DNA of 64,000 bases from Macrostomum hystrix. Lineage: Eukaryota; Animalia; Platyhelminthes. The notes beneath the pieces were generated by a model. It ran no database searches and was not told where the DNA came from. It was given only the letters and a program-made list of their open reading frames with translations. Below are positions 1-12,029 of this stretch, one piece after another. The position numbers and the translations under genes are program-made. How positions within the stretch are numbered: the stretch's first letter is position 1; every line of letters begins with the position of its first letter. The DNA lies in assembly GCA_950097015.1 (NCBI GenBank), contig CATNEN010000002.1, forward strand, positions 124,001-188,000, written 5' to 3'.

Positions 1-3000
1 CCTCCAGCCTAGGCTGGCAACCTCTCGTCCAGTCCTGGCTGCGTCCAGTTCGACAAGCTGCAGGTGGCGGGCAGACCGACACCGACCTCGACGATTCCAT
101 CGCAATCGGTGGTCAGAAAAGTGCAACCCGGTGCCTCGCCAAGGAGCACTGTGACCTAATCGAACGAATGTTTCATCGGTTTGTGGACGCAGGCATTGCA
201 ATGGTGCGCAAAGGTGGCGGCAGGGAGCTGTCAAAAACATCCGACATCAATCTGGTCAAGTCGCTGATGAATCTAATCGACTGTCAGTTAGACGAGTTTC
301 AAGAGGAAGCCAAAGTCGCAGCCATGGATGCCAAGCAGGCCAGGAGTTGGCTTGAGGTTAGTGTAGCAGAAAATACTTTACCACTTAAATCAGGCAGCTC
401 GACTAGTGGAGCCAATAAATAGGCCATTTTAACTCAATGCATGTGCATTTCGTTCACAGGGAATCTTTCTATTCGCCTTTGTCTGGTCAGTGGGAGCCAC
501 TATGGATGAAGCCGGGCGTCGAGGGTTTGATCGTCTTGCTAGAGAGCTCGCCGTTGGTGGCATGACCGATGATTTTCGCAACCAGCTAGCTCTGAATGAG
601 GCAGTCGATCCACCTGCAGAAGCCTACCTGTGCCAATTTCCGATGACAGAAACGGTGTACGATTATCGCTTTGTCAAGGAGGGCCTTGGCCGATGGGAGC
701 CGTGGTCGGCGTCGCTGCAAGACTTGCCGCCAATCGCCAAAGACGCTGAGTTCAACGAGATCATCGTGCCAACTGTAGACACGGTACGGTACACGCACCT
801 TATGAGGCTGCTGGTGCTGCACGAGAAGCCGTGCCTGTTTGTCGGTCCTACGGGCACTGGAAAATCTTGTTACATTTCCCAGTTTCTCTACAGCACTTTG
901 GACAAAGATGTGTACAAGCCAAACACGCTGAACTTCTCGGCGCAGACATCTGCCAACCAGACGCAGAACATAATCATGTCAAAGTTGGACCGTCGCCGAA
1001 AAGGTGTCTTTGGCCCGCCCATGGGCAAGAAGGTTGTTATCTTTGTTGACGACCTCAATATGCCAATAAGAGAGACTTACGGTGCACAGCCCCCTATAGA
1101 GCTGCTGCGCCAGTGGCTCGATCACTGGAACTGGTACGACCTCAAGGACACGTCCACCATCAATCTGGTCGATTTACTGTTTATTGGAGCTATGGGACCG
1201 CCTGGAGGCGGGCGAAGCATTATCACACCCAGGTTCTTGCGTCACCTCAACACAGTGACGATCAACGAATTCGATGATCTGACCATGTCAACCATATTTA
1301 GCAGCATTGTTCGCTGGCACATTGAAGCTCGAGGCTTCGGGCAGGATTTTCACCCGTGCATTGACCAGATTGTCCGAGGCACACTTGCCGTGTACAAGAG
1401 CGCCGCTGACAACTTGCTGCCAACTCCAGCCAAGTCGCACTACCTGTTCAATCTGAGAGACTTCAGCCGAGTTGTTCAAGGAGTATTGTTGTCCTCGACA
1501 GACACCACCGAAGATCCAGCTGGTCTCAAGCGACTCTGGCTACACGAAGTTCTACGCGTCTACTACGACCGTCTGGTTGATGACGTCGATCGAAAGTGGC
1601 TCTTTGAATACCTAAAGGAGGTGCTCCGAAAGGAGTTCCACGAAAACTTTCACCAGCTTCTTGGTCGACTGGACTTTGACGCCGACGGCGAGGTGACTGA
1701 GGATGACCTCCGATCCCTCATATATTGCGACTTCTCCAACCCGAAGACAAGCAAAGGCCGCTATGTTGAAGTGGACGACATGGAACGTCTAAGAGTTGTC
1801 TCCGAAGGCCACCTTGAAGAGTTCAACAATATGAGTAAGAAGCCCATGAATCTCGTGATGTTTCGCTTTGCTATTGAGCACGTATCGAGAATTTCTCGCA
1901 TCCTGAAGCACCCCAGAAGTCACGCCTTGCTAGTTGGCGTCGGAGGCTCAGGTAGACAGTCGCTCACTCGACTGGCGGCTCACATGGCCGACTATGACCT
2001 GTTCCAGGTTGAGATCAGTAAGTCGTACACAAGCAACGAGTGGCGAGAAGATCTGAAACGAATTCTTCGAAAGGCCACTGAGACTGAAAATCACGGCGTG
2101 TTTCTGTTCTCAGATACGCAGATGAAGCAAGAGTCATTCCTGGAGGATATAAACAACTTGCTGAATGCGGGCGAGGTGCCAAATCTCTACGCCACTGACG
2201 AGAAGGCGGAGATCACTGAGAAGATGCGTCAGATTGATCGACAGAAAGACAAAAACAAGCAGACGGACGGCAGTTTGGTGTCTCTGTTCAATATGTTTAT
2301 CCAGCGTTGTCAGGAGCAACTGCACGTTGTGCTTGCCATGAGTCCGATCGGCAGCGCGTTCCGGAATCGGCTACGCAAGTTCCCCTCGCTAGTTAACTGC
2401 TGCACTATCGACTGGTTTCAGGCCTGGCCCGATGACGCTCTCACCGCTGTCGCATCGCGCTTCCTCGAGGATGTTGAAATGAGCGACGAGCTGCGGGACG
2501 GCTGCATCAAGTACTGCAAGCACTTTCACCAGTCTGCCAAGGCTCTGTCAAAGCGATTCGGCTCAGAGCTTGGTAGGCACAACTACGTCACACCAACAAG
2601 CTACCTGGAGCTTATCAACACCTATAAACAGCTGCTGGACGCAAAGCGCTCAGAGATTCATCAGCAGAAGCGACGCTACGAGGTCGGCTTAGAGAAGCTG
2701 CAGCTGGCCGCAGTTGAGATCGGGGTGATGCAACAGAACCTGACAGCTCTGCAGCCCCAGCTGGTCCAGGCCAGCAAGGAGGTCGACGAGACCATGCTGG
2801 TTGTAGAGCAGGAGAGCAGAGAGGTTACTAAGCAGGAGAAAGTGGTGAAGGCTGACGAGGCTGTGGCCAATCAGCAGAAGCAAGCAGCTCAGGCAATCAA
2901 AGACGAGTGTGACAGCGACTTAGCCGAGGCGATTCCAATTCTGAACACTGCTCTGGCTGCTCTGAAGACTCTCACTACTCAGGATATCACAATTGTGAAG

Positions 3001-6000
3001 ACAATGAAGTCACCACCAGCCGGTGTGAAGCTGGTTATGGAGTCTGTCTGCGTACTGAAAGGAGTAAAGCCGGATCGGATTCCCGATCCCAGCGGAACAG
3101 GCAAGAAGATCGAGGACTTCTGGGGTCCATCAAAAAAAATCCTTGGTGACATGAAATTTCTCGAGGGCCTGCTGAACTTCGACAAGGACAACATTCCGGC
3201 ACCCATCATGAAAGTGATCAGAGAGAAATACATTGTCAATCCGGAGTTTGAACCGGAAAGAATTGCGGTGGCCTCCACAGCCTGCGAGGGCCTCTGTAAA
3301 TGGGTCCGCGCCATGGACGAATACGACAAAGTAGCCAAGATTGTGGCGCCAAAGAAGGAAGCTTTAAGAAAGGCAGAAGGCGAACTGGCTGTGGCTCAGG
3401 AAGCCCTGGCCAAGAAGCAGGCCGCTTTGAGAGAAGTCCAGGAAAGGCTTTCAAAGCTTCAGGCAGATTTGGATATGAACAAGCGACGCAAGATTGAATT
3501 GGAAAACGAGGTTAACTTGTGCACCAAGAAACTCGATCGAGCCGAACAGCTGATCGGAGGTCTCGGCGGAGAGAAGGACCGCTGGCGCGAGGCCGCTCAC
3601 GAATTGGGATTCGTCTATACAAACCTCACTGGCGACATCCTGATTAGCTCGGGAATCGTTGCCTACCTGGGCGCCTTCACATCGTCATTCAGGCAGGAGC
3701 AAACGCTGAGCTGGGTTGCTGCTGTGCGACAGCACAATATTCCAGTGTCCGAGAAATTCAGTCTGATACAGACCCTCGGCAGTCCAGTGGAGATTAGAAC
3801 CTGGAACATCAACGGCCTGCCAACTGACGAGTTCTCTGTGGAAAACGGCATAGTGATTAAAAACGCTCGCCGCTGGCCCCTGATGATTGATCCTCAGGGC
3901 CAGGCAAACAAGTGGATCAAGAACAACGAGAAAGCCAGCAACCTGAAGGTGTGCAAGTTCAACGATACCGACTTTGCCCGCAGCCTCGAGACGGCTATTC
4001 AGTTTGGCACGCCTGTCCTACTGGAGAACGTTGGCGAGGAGCTTGACCCTCTGCTGGAACCACTGCTGCTCAAGCAGACTTTCAAGCAGGGTGGAGCTGT
4101 TTGCATCAAGCTCGGGGACTCCATTGTTGAATACTCGAACGACTTTCGCTTATTCATGACTACCAAGTTGCGGAATCCGCATTATCTACCTGAGGTTGCC
4201 GTCAAGGTGACTCTGCTGAACTTCATGATCACACCGGAGGGCCTGCAGGATCAGCTGCTGGGAATCGTTGTGGCCCGCGAAAAGCCCGAGCTTGAAGAGG
4301 AGAAGAATCAGCTCATTGTGCAAGGTGCCGAGAACAAACGCCAGCTCAAAGAGATCGAAGACAAAATCCTTTTTGTTCTGTCATCATCGGAGGGAAATAT
4401 TCTGGAAGACGAGTCGGCTATCAAAGTGTTGAACTCTTCAAAAAGTCTGAGCAATGAGATTTCAGAGAAGCAAGAGATCGCCGAGTTTACTGAGAAGAAA
4501 ATCGACGAAGCTCGAGCCGGGTACGTGCCGATTGCAATGCACTCGACAATCCTGTTCTTCACGGTCGCTGATCTGGGGAATATCGACCCAATGTACCAGT
4601 ACTCGCTGACCTGGTTCATCAACCTGTTTTGCATTTCGATTGACAACTCAGAAAAATCCGACGATCTGCCACAACGGCTGGAGAATCTGCGCCTGCACTT
4701 TACGTACGCTCTGTACTGCAATGTCTGTCGATCACTTTTCGAGAAGGACAAGCTTCTCTTCTCGTTTCTTCTGTGCGTCAACCTGTTAAAGCACCAGAAG
4801 CTTGTTAACGAAGATGAATGGCGCTTCCTACTAACAGGCGGTGTCGGACTCGACAATCCGAATCCTAACCCGACAGACTGGCTGCCAGCCAAGGCGTGGG
4901 ACGAAATCTGTCGCCTGGATGATCTGCCGCGGTTTCGCAAGATCCAGAAGAAATTTGCCGCTCAACAGAAGCAATGGCTGGCGATTTACGAGAGCCCGGA
5001 GCCGCATCATGAACCTCCGCCACCAGAGTGGTCGGACAAACTGAGCGATCCGTTTCCGCGCCTGTGCCTTCTACGCTGTCTCCGACCAGACAAAGTAGTT
5101 CCCGCCGTACAGGAATTTGTCGAGGCCAAGCTCGGCAAGAAGTACATCGAGCCACCCTCGTTTGACCTACCGGGCTCGTTCAACGACTCGAACTGCTGCG
5201 CGCCGTTGCTGTTCATTTTATCACCCGGCGCCGACCCGATGGCCAGCCTATTGAAGTTTGCTGACGACATGAGCTTCGGTGGTCCAAAGTTCGATTTTCT
5301 TTCACTCGGCCAGGGCCAGGGCCCGATCGCCATCGCCAAGATGGAGCGGGGTACAAAAGATGGAATGTGGATACTGCTGCAGAACTGCCACCTGGCGCCA
5401 AGTTGGATGCCCACCCTGGAGAAAATCGTTGAGGACCTCGGTCCAGAGAGCACGCATCCAGACTTTCGCCTGTGGCTCACGAGCTACCCTTCAGAGAGTT
5501 TTCCTGTCTCCATCCTGCAGAACGGCGTCAAAATGACCAACGAGCCGCCAAAGGGTTTGCGGTTCAACATCGCCCGGTCGTACCGCACCGATCCGATCAC
5601 CAACCCGGAGTTCTTTGACAAGTGCCGCAACGGTCGCGCCTGGAAGAAGATGCTCTTCGGCTTGTGCTTCTTCCACGCCATCGTTCAGGAGCGAAGAAAG
5701 TTCGGCCCAATCGGTTGGAACATTCCCTACGAATTCAACGAGACTGACCTTCGCATCTCCGTGCAGCAGCTGCACATGTTCCTTGACCAGTACGACGAGG
5801 TACAGTTCGACGCGCTGCGCTACCTCACCGGAGAGTGCAACTATGGCGGTCGCGTCACTGAGGAATGGGACAGGCGCACCCTCAACACCATTCTGGACAA
5901 GTTCTACTGCAAGGAGATCATCAGCAAGGACGACTACATGTTCGATGAGACTGGACTGTACTATGCGCCCGCTGAGGGAGAAGTAAGTTATTATGGTATT

Positions 6001-9000
6001 GTCTTGTATTTGTAAATTTATGTTATGAGCTATGAGAGGCCAGTGGCAGAGTGGTTAAGGCGTTTGCCTCTCGCACCAAGGTCCCTCGATTCCGCGGTGA
6101 GGCCACATTCATTTAGGCTGCAGCCGCGGAGAGAAGGCTTGGGGGCTTGTCGTGCAATTTACGCCCTTGAGGGCCAACCTCCAAGGCACAGTGAAAGTGT
6201 ACACTGACTGACGATGAGAAAACCATAGCAGATGTACACACCTATGTGAGCGTGTGCCTGCGTACTGTATCTATGTGCGTGTGTGCTCAGGAGTCAGCGG
6301 AATTGGTAGAATTGTCTCCTCGCTGGCTGCGGGTCTAGTGTCACCAAATGATGTGCCATTGCCCGCAGCCCTCCTGAAATTTTTTATCTATTATTATGCT
6401 ACGAGCCATCTTTACCTTGGCTTTGTGATGTTGGGTTAGTATAAAGTGCAAATAATGTCATTTTTAACGTCCAAGTTAGCTTTTTTAAACAAATCGGATT
6501 GCTCATTCCAGTACGACACCTACCTGGAGTACATCAGGGGCCTGCCGCTGAATCCGCAGCCCCAGGTGTTTGGCATGCATCCGAATGCTGACATAACCAA
6601 AGATCAACAGGAGACAAGCCAGTTGTTTAACTCGGTTCTGCTAACGCAGGTTTGTACAATATTGGTTTTAACATTTTAACCGCTTATAAGTCATTACTAA
6701 CGACAGTGCAGGTCGCCAGTTGTAAAAATACTAACACTGCTATTTACCAACGATTGTGCAACTATAAAGGAGTTCTGGCAGAACAACATTGATCATTTGG
6801 CTAAGCTGGCGCTGAAGACTCTGATCTCGAGTCGCAAGCGTCGACTAGGCGATGCCGCTGTGGAGGAAGAGGTATAGATTGTACATAGCGCAGTTAGAGC
6901 TTTTGAGTCACGTCAATCTTAACATTCGAGTCGTTCGGTTTAACTTTCACGTTACATATACACTTTTACGTGCACAATACGTCACAGATTAAATTTATTT
7001 TGGAAATATCAATATGTTTGTTCGTTTTTGTACGGTTAATTTTTGCTGATAATCAATCAAGTTTATAAGTTTTCGAGTTTTTAATTTCTATACTTGTAGC
7101 ACGAACAGAAGGAGACTGATGCACAGTGATTAGACGCTTAAGAATTCATACCGAAAGGTTGGGGGTTTTAATTAGCCTAAAAACTGTATTATATTTGAGC
7201 AAATACAATTTATTCCCCAGCGCTTCAGTGCATGGGTACCAGCATTTAACTGGGGCAATATATTTTCTTTTTTTTTCAGGAGTGCTGACCCGCAGCCAGC
7301 GAGGAGGCAATTCTGCCCATTTCGCTGACTCCTGAGCACACACGCACACAGATACTGTACGCAGGCACACGCTCACACAGGTGTGTACATCTGCCCTGAC
7401 TTTCTCATTGTCAGGCAGAGTGCACTCTCACTGTGCCTTGGAGGTGGCCCTTAAGGGCGTAAATTGCACGACAAGCCCTCAAGCCTTCTCTCCGCGGCTG
7501 CGCCCCAAATAAATGTGCCCTCGCCGCGGAATCGAACTTAGGAACCTTGGCGAGAGAGGCAAACGCGTTAATCGCTCTGCCACGACCCGCCTTAACTGGG
7601 GTAGAAATATAATTGGCCTTGGGATGCGTCTCAAAATAGATGCGTTTGTGACACTGTTTACACATGTGTGTTAAGCTTTCAACTCGACCTCCGCCTTGAT
7701 TCAGTCCCGCCAAGATGGCGGTCCGGACGGCGTCGGCGGCGCAAAAGCCACGGACGACATCATTGACGCGGTGGCGGGCGACATTCTCGAGCGCCTGCCG
7801 CCAGATTTTGACATCGAAGCCTCGCTGATCCGTTATCCGACCAGCTACCAGCAGAGCATGAACACCGTGCTAGTTCAGGAGATGGTCCGGTTCAATGTTC
7901 TACTAGGGGTGATTCGCAGCTCGCTTGCTAACATCCGCAAAGCCATCAAAGGTCTCGTGGTGATGTCGACGGATCTGGAGGAGGTAACAATGAGTCTGCT
8001 GAAGTCACGCATACCGGCAATGTGGATAAGAAAGAGCTATCCGTCGTTGAAGCCAGTGGGCTCCTACGTGAACGACTTTCTGGCTAGACTGAAATTTCTG
8101 CAGGTAATAGCTAACTTTGATCGTGGCATGATGAGTCTTCTCGTCAATATAACTTTCGCAGGTAAAAATCGACCACTCTCTTCCGCGAATTCCCCAGGAC
8201 TGGTTTGATTCCGGACCACCCTCGGTATTCTGGCTGTCCGGGTTCTACTTTACCCAGGCCTTCCTAACCGGCGTACAGCAGAACTATGCCAGAAAGTACA
8301 CAATACCCATCGACCTGCTGGGCTTCGATTTTGACATCCTGGACGATCGGCAGTATGATAGCGAGCCGGAGGATGGTGAATAAAAATATATAATTCAATA
8401 ACCTTTATTGTATGGAGAAATGCTAATACACTACTAAAGTAGGTTGAATTGGTACGCATTTTGTTATAATTAATCCAGGAGCCTACATTCACGGCCTGTT
8501 TCTGGTTGGCGCCAGGTGGGACCGCCAGGCCAAGCTGCTGTCGGAGTCGCTGCCGAAGGTTTTGCACGACACAGTGCCCGTGGTGAGCTCTAGTATCTGT
8601 CTAACTGTCCGGTGTGGCATCCACCCAGTCCATGGACATTTAGCTTCTGGGTTGGTCCGTCATTCGACGCGTTGTCTTCCATAGCTGAAGAACGTGGCTC
8701 GTCTTATCACCCAAAGAAACTGGACGAGTCGTTCTGCTCGGTTCGCCCAGCTGTTAAATTTGTACCAGTAATAGCTGGGGTAATTGAGGGTGGGTATGGC
8801 GTCACCCCAGTCCATGGACTGAACATCCAGACAATACTATGCGCTGCGCAATAGCTGCAACTGTTCCCAATATAAAGCACACAGGGCACTTTCACACAGC
8901 ACTTATTACTATAAATAGTATCTATAAAGCACTTGTTTACAAACATTTCGCCCAGGTGTGGATGAAGCCTGCCAAGCGATCGGACCTGCAGCCTGGCAAC

Positions 9001-9162
9001 TGTTACACCTGTCCAATCTACAAGACCTCCGAGCGCCGAGGCGTTCTGTCAACTACTGGCCACTCGACAAACTATGTGATGGCCATGACTTTGCCAACCG
9101 ACAGACCTGAAGCTCACTGGATTATGCGAGGCGTGGCACTGATTTGTCAGCTCGACGAATGA
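1..9162 (+). CDS. DNAH7: Axonemal inner-arm dynein heavy chain, DNAH7-like (5'-partial; AAA2 to C-terminus)
   Basis: Exons <1-356, 460-5982, 6512-6649, 7705-8103, 8198-8375, 8479-8582, 8956-9162, all GT-AG with consistent phases. Walker A GPTGTGKS (AAA3) and GVGGSGRQS (AAA4), stalk/MTBD ([15 protein letters not shown]), AAA5 [20 protein letters not shown]6 LQNCHLA, C-terminus [23 protein letters not shown]...[13 protein letters not shown]. Resembles DNAH7 from memory; DNAH3/12 not formally excluded. Confidence 0.93.
6037..6397 (+). mobile_element. tRNA-derived SINE, copy 1 (dynein intron)
   Basis: A-box-like TGGCAGAGTGG, degenerate B box (CTCGATTCC), body shared with copies 2 and 3, 3' inverted repeat GGCTGCGGG...CCCGCAGCC, AT-rich tail; possible TSD GCTATGAG (6029-6036)/GCTACGAG (6398-6405). 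Confidence 0.8.
7256..7591 (-). mobile_element. tRNA-derived SINE, copy 2 (dynein intron)
   Basis: Minus strand reads TGGCAGAGCGATT...AGTTCGATTCC (A/B boxes), same body, A-rich tail; perfect 10-bp TSD TTAACTGGGG at 7246-7255 and 7592-7601. Confidence 0.88.
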
Positions 9163-10206
9163 AGACTTGTTCACTGCACTTTTATCAGTTCAACTGCTTG
9201 CTTATTTGGAAAACACTGTAGTTTTCTTTCGTGCACCTTTATTTGAATCTATTTTTAGACAACGAAAATTCCTCTCAAGATTATGTTCAAACCAAAATGT
9301 TCCAACTGTCTTAAATGAAACTTATAGAAAATAGAAGCTTTTTTTACCTTTTTGCATTCAAGAATAGCAGCTTTCGGAAAGGATTGTTTACCTAAACCAA
9401 TGTGACGCGCAGCACAGACAAGAGGGAGAAAACGGTAAAAAGTAAAATTTACAATTCTGTGCGAAAACAAGGGACTTAATTGGATGAACGATCTCTACGT
9501 AAATGATCTTGAAATTCACAACACAAGAGCTAGTCAGAACATCAAGTACATGCGTACTTTACCTATCACAATTTGAGGAACCGATCTTTGCACCTATGTT
9601 TCCTAGTCAATCACTTGTGCTTTCCTACACTTTATAACAAAAGTACACTTTTTTTGTTTTTTTCCTCACAAATTTTTTGTGCCTTTTCGGACGAAACTGT
9701 TTTGCCTACTTGTTGGCAACAAAATACACGGAAGAACAAGAACCCAAGTACTTCAAGATTTACCGGCTTGAATTTCAAATTTATAATTAATAAAAATTTC
9801 TTTGCTTCAAATTATTTTATTAAGATCATTGCGACTGCATATTTAAACAAAAGACAAACGAGTTAAATTTCTAACAGATACAGAACAGAACACGACTTGC
9901 TCGAAGATCTCAAAAAACGCCTGTGTGCTGCATGATATGTCGAACAACAAAATGATTTTGTATTCTTAAGGTATCCCTTTTTGGTTTAGACAGTTTTAAA
10001 TTTCCTTCGTCCTGCGTCTGGTTAATCATTTGACTTTCTAGTGACGAGGCACTTCACGATTTCCAACTGCAGATCGATCGATTGAAGAAAACTTGTCTAA
10101 AATGAAAGATAAACAACAAGTAATTGGTTAGATAGTCAGCACATTGCACCTACCTGTACTGTAATGTACGAAAAATGACGATGTCCTGTTTGTGGTTTTA
10201 AAGTGT

Positions 10207-10695
10207 ATGTTGATGGCGTCACAGTGGTGATTTTTGGCGTCACAGAGGTGATTGATGATGTCACAGAGGTGATTGATGGTGTCACAGAGGTGCTAGATGG
10301 CGTCACAGTGGTGATTGTTGACGTCACAGAGGTGATTGATGATGTCACAGTGGTGATTGATGATGTCACAGAGGTGATTGATGATGTCACAGTGGTGATT
10401 GATGGCGTCACAGTGGTGATTGATGGCGTCACAGTGGTGACTGTTGGCGTCACAGAGGTGATTGATGGTGTCACAGAGATGATTGATGGTGTCACAGAGG
10501 TGATTGATGATGTCACAGAGGTGATTGATGATGTCACAGAGGTGATTGATGGCGTCACAGTGGTGATTGATGGCGTCACAGTGGTGACTGTTGGCGTCAC
10601 AGAGGTGATTGATGGTGTCACAGAGGTGATTGATGGTGTCACAGAGGTGATTGATGGTGTCACAGTGGTGATTGATAGTGTCACAGTGGTGATTT
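10207..10695. repeat. 21-bp minisatellite (GTCACAGAGGTGATTGATGGT), ~23 copies
   Basis: Direct tandem periodicity; explains the VTEVIDG/ITSVTPS ORFs. Confidence 0.95.
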
Positions 10696-11054
10696 ATCAT
10701 GCTAAATGTGCTCAATGATTGTTTAAAGCCAGCAGGATGTGACGGACCACTCTCAGGAAGCAAATGAGCACAGCCAGTAGAGAAATTTGCTGTGCAATCA
10801 TGTCAGCCGTCCCAATTTCGGTCAGTTTTATAAATTCTTGAGGCTCAGGCGAAGGCTGTGTTCGGGGCAGCAGTTTTTTAATGTGTTCTTGAAAGTCATC
10901 CGATCGGTTTGCGAGACGCGCCAGAAAAGATGGACTCTGTAGAGAAATCGGGTGCAGTAGAGCTAGCGCGGTAGTCAACAGACAGATTCTTATTACTTGG
11001 AAACATTCTTTCCTAAACTAATGGCGAAATCTTACACTTTAAAGTCTGCCTTAA

Positions 11055-12017
11055 CAGTACCAGCGCCGAAAGACCACACTGGGTATTTCAAATACCTAAA
11101 TTATTTTTTTCTTCCCCTTCTAAAATATTCAACCAATTGACTTGAAAATCCACTCAATTTTTCACTTTTCAGAATCACAGCATCTGCATGGTCGAGTTAT
11201 TCAACAATTCTTGTCGGGATGTCTGGTGAGTGGTGGTAAAAACCACAAAGAAGGCAAACATTTTGTGCTCACAAAATTTCATCGTAAAATCAGGTCGGCT
11301 ATCATTGTAAACTAATTTCGATTGTTCATATTGTAATTTTATAGACTTTTAATCCGATATTGATTCGCCAAAGAGGCTTATACTAGTTGCATAGATGCAA
11401 TATTAGTTGTCAAGCCGCTGCCACAGGGGGTCGGTGGCTGAGCGGTTATCGCTTCTGCCTCTCGCACCACGATCCCTAAGTTCGATTCCACGGCGAGGCC
11501 ATATTTATTTGGGGCGCAGCCGCGGAGAGAAGGCTTGAGGGCTTGTCGTGCAATTTACGCCCTTGAGGGCCAACCTCCAAAACACAGTGAATGTGTACAC
11601 TGCCTGACGATGAGAAAGTCAGGGCAGATGTACACACCTGTGTGAGCGTGTGCCTGCGTACAGTATCTGTGTGCGTGTGTGCTCAGGAATCAGCGAAATG
11701 AGCAGAATTGCCTCCTCGCTGGCTGTGGGTCTAGTGACACTAAATTATGAGCCACTGCCCGCAGCCCTCCTGCAATTATTATTTTATTAAGCCACTACCA
11801 CCACTTGTCACCAGGGTCTTCGACAAGTGTCGCTGAATATCTCGGGGATGCTGACGTTGGACGGTTTTAAAAATGAGTTCATCGTATAAAAGAATGGAAA
11901 TTTTTATTCATATCGTTGGATTTCGCGAAAACCGTTCATTTGGTTTGTGAGGTAGGCAGCGGGTATTTAAAATACCTCCCGTGGTGTTTCCTTGCGGTGA
12001 AGCTGGTCATTCTACTG
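11055..12017. mobile_element. Degenerate long-TIR MITE/foldback element with nested SINE
   Basis: Left end CAGTACC...ACCACACTGGGTATTTCAAATACC mirrors right end GGTATTTAAAATACCTCCCGTGGTG...TACTG; inner arms also inverted (GAGTTATTCAACAATTCTTGTCG vs CGACAAGTGTCGCTGAATATCTC). TSD unclear. Confidence 0.5.
11425..11788 (+). mobile_element. tRNA-derived SINE, copy 3
   Basis: TGGCTGAGCGG A box, AGTTCGATTCC B box, same body and 3' hairpin; 13-bp TSD-like AAGCCGCTGCCAC (11412-11424)/AAGCCACTACCAC (11789-11801), 11/13 match. Confidence 0.85.
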
Positions 12018-12029
12018 CTAAGGCTAGTT

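Noticed and set aside
6037-6110. tRNA gene candidates at SINE heads (also ~7520-7591 and ~11425-11500)
   Set aside because: No complete cloverleaf; each continues into a shared SINE body with tail and TSD.
6190-6240. Possible hammerhead ribozyme in the SINE body (CTGACGATGAGAAA)
   Set aside because: The required CUGAnGA/GAAA core with three stems cannot be assembled; only a simple hairpin is seen.
10712-10978. 88-aa minus-strand ORF downstream of the cGLR
   Set aside because: TTG start, no recognisable motif and no convincing splice partner; cannot support a gene call.
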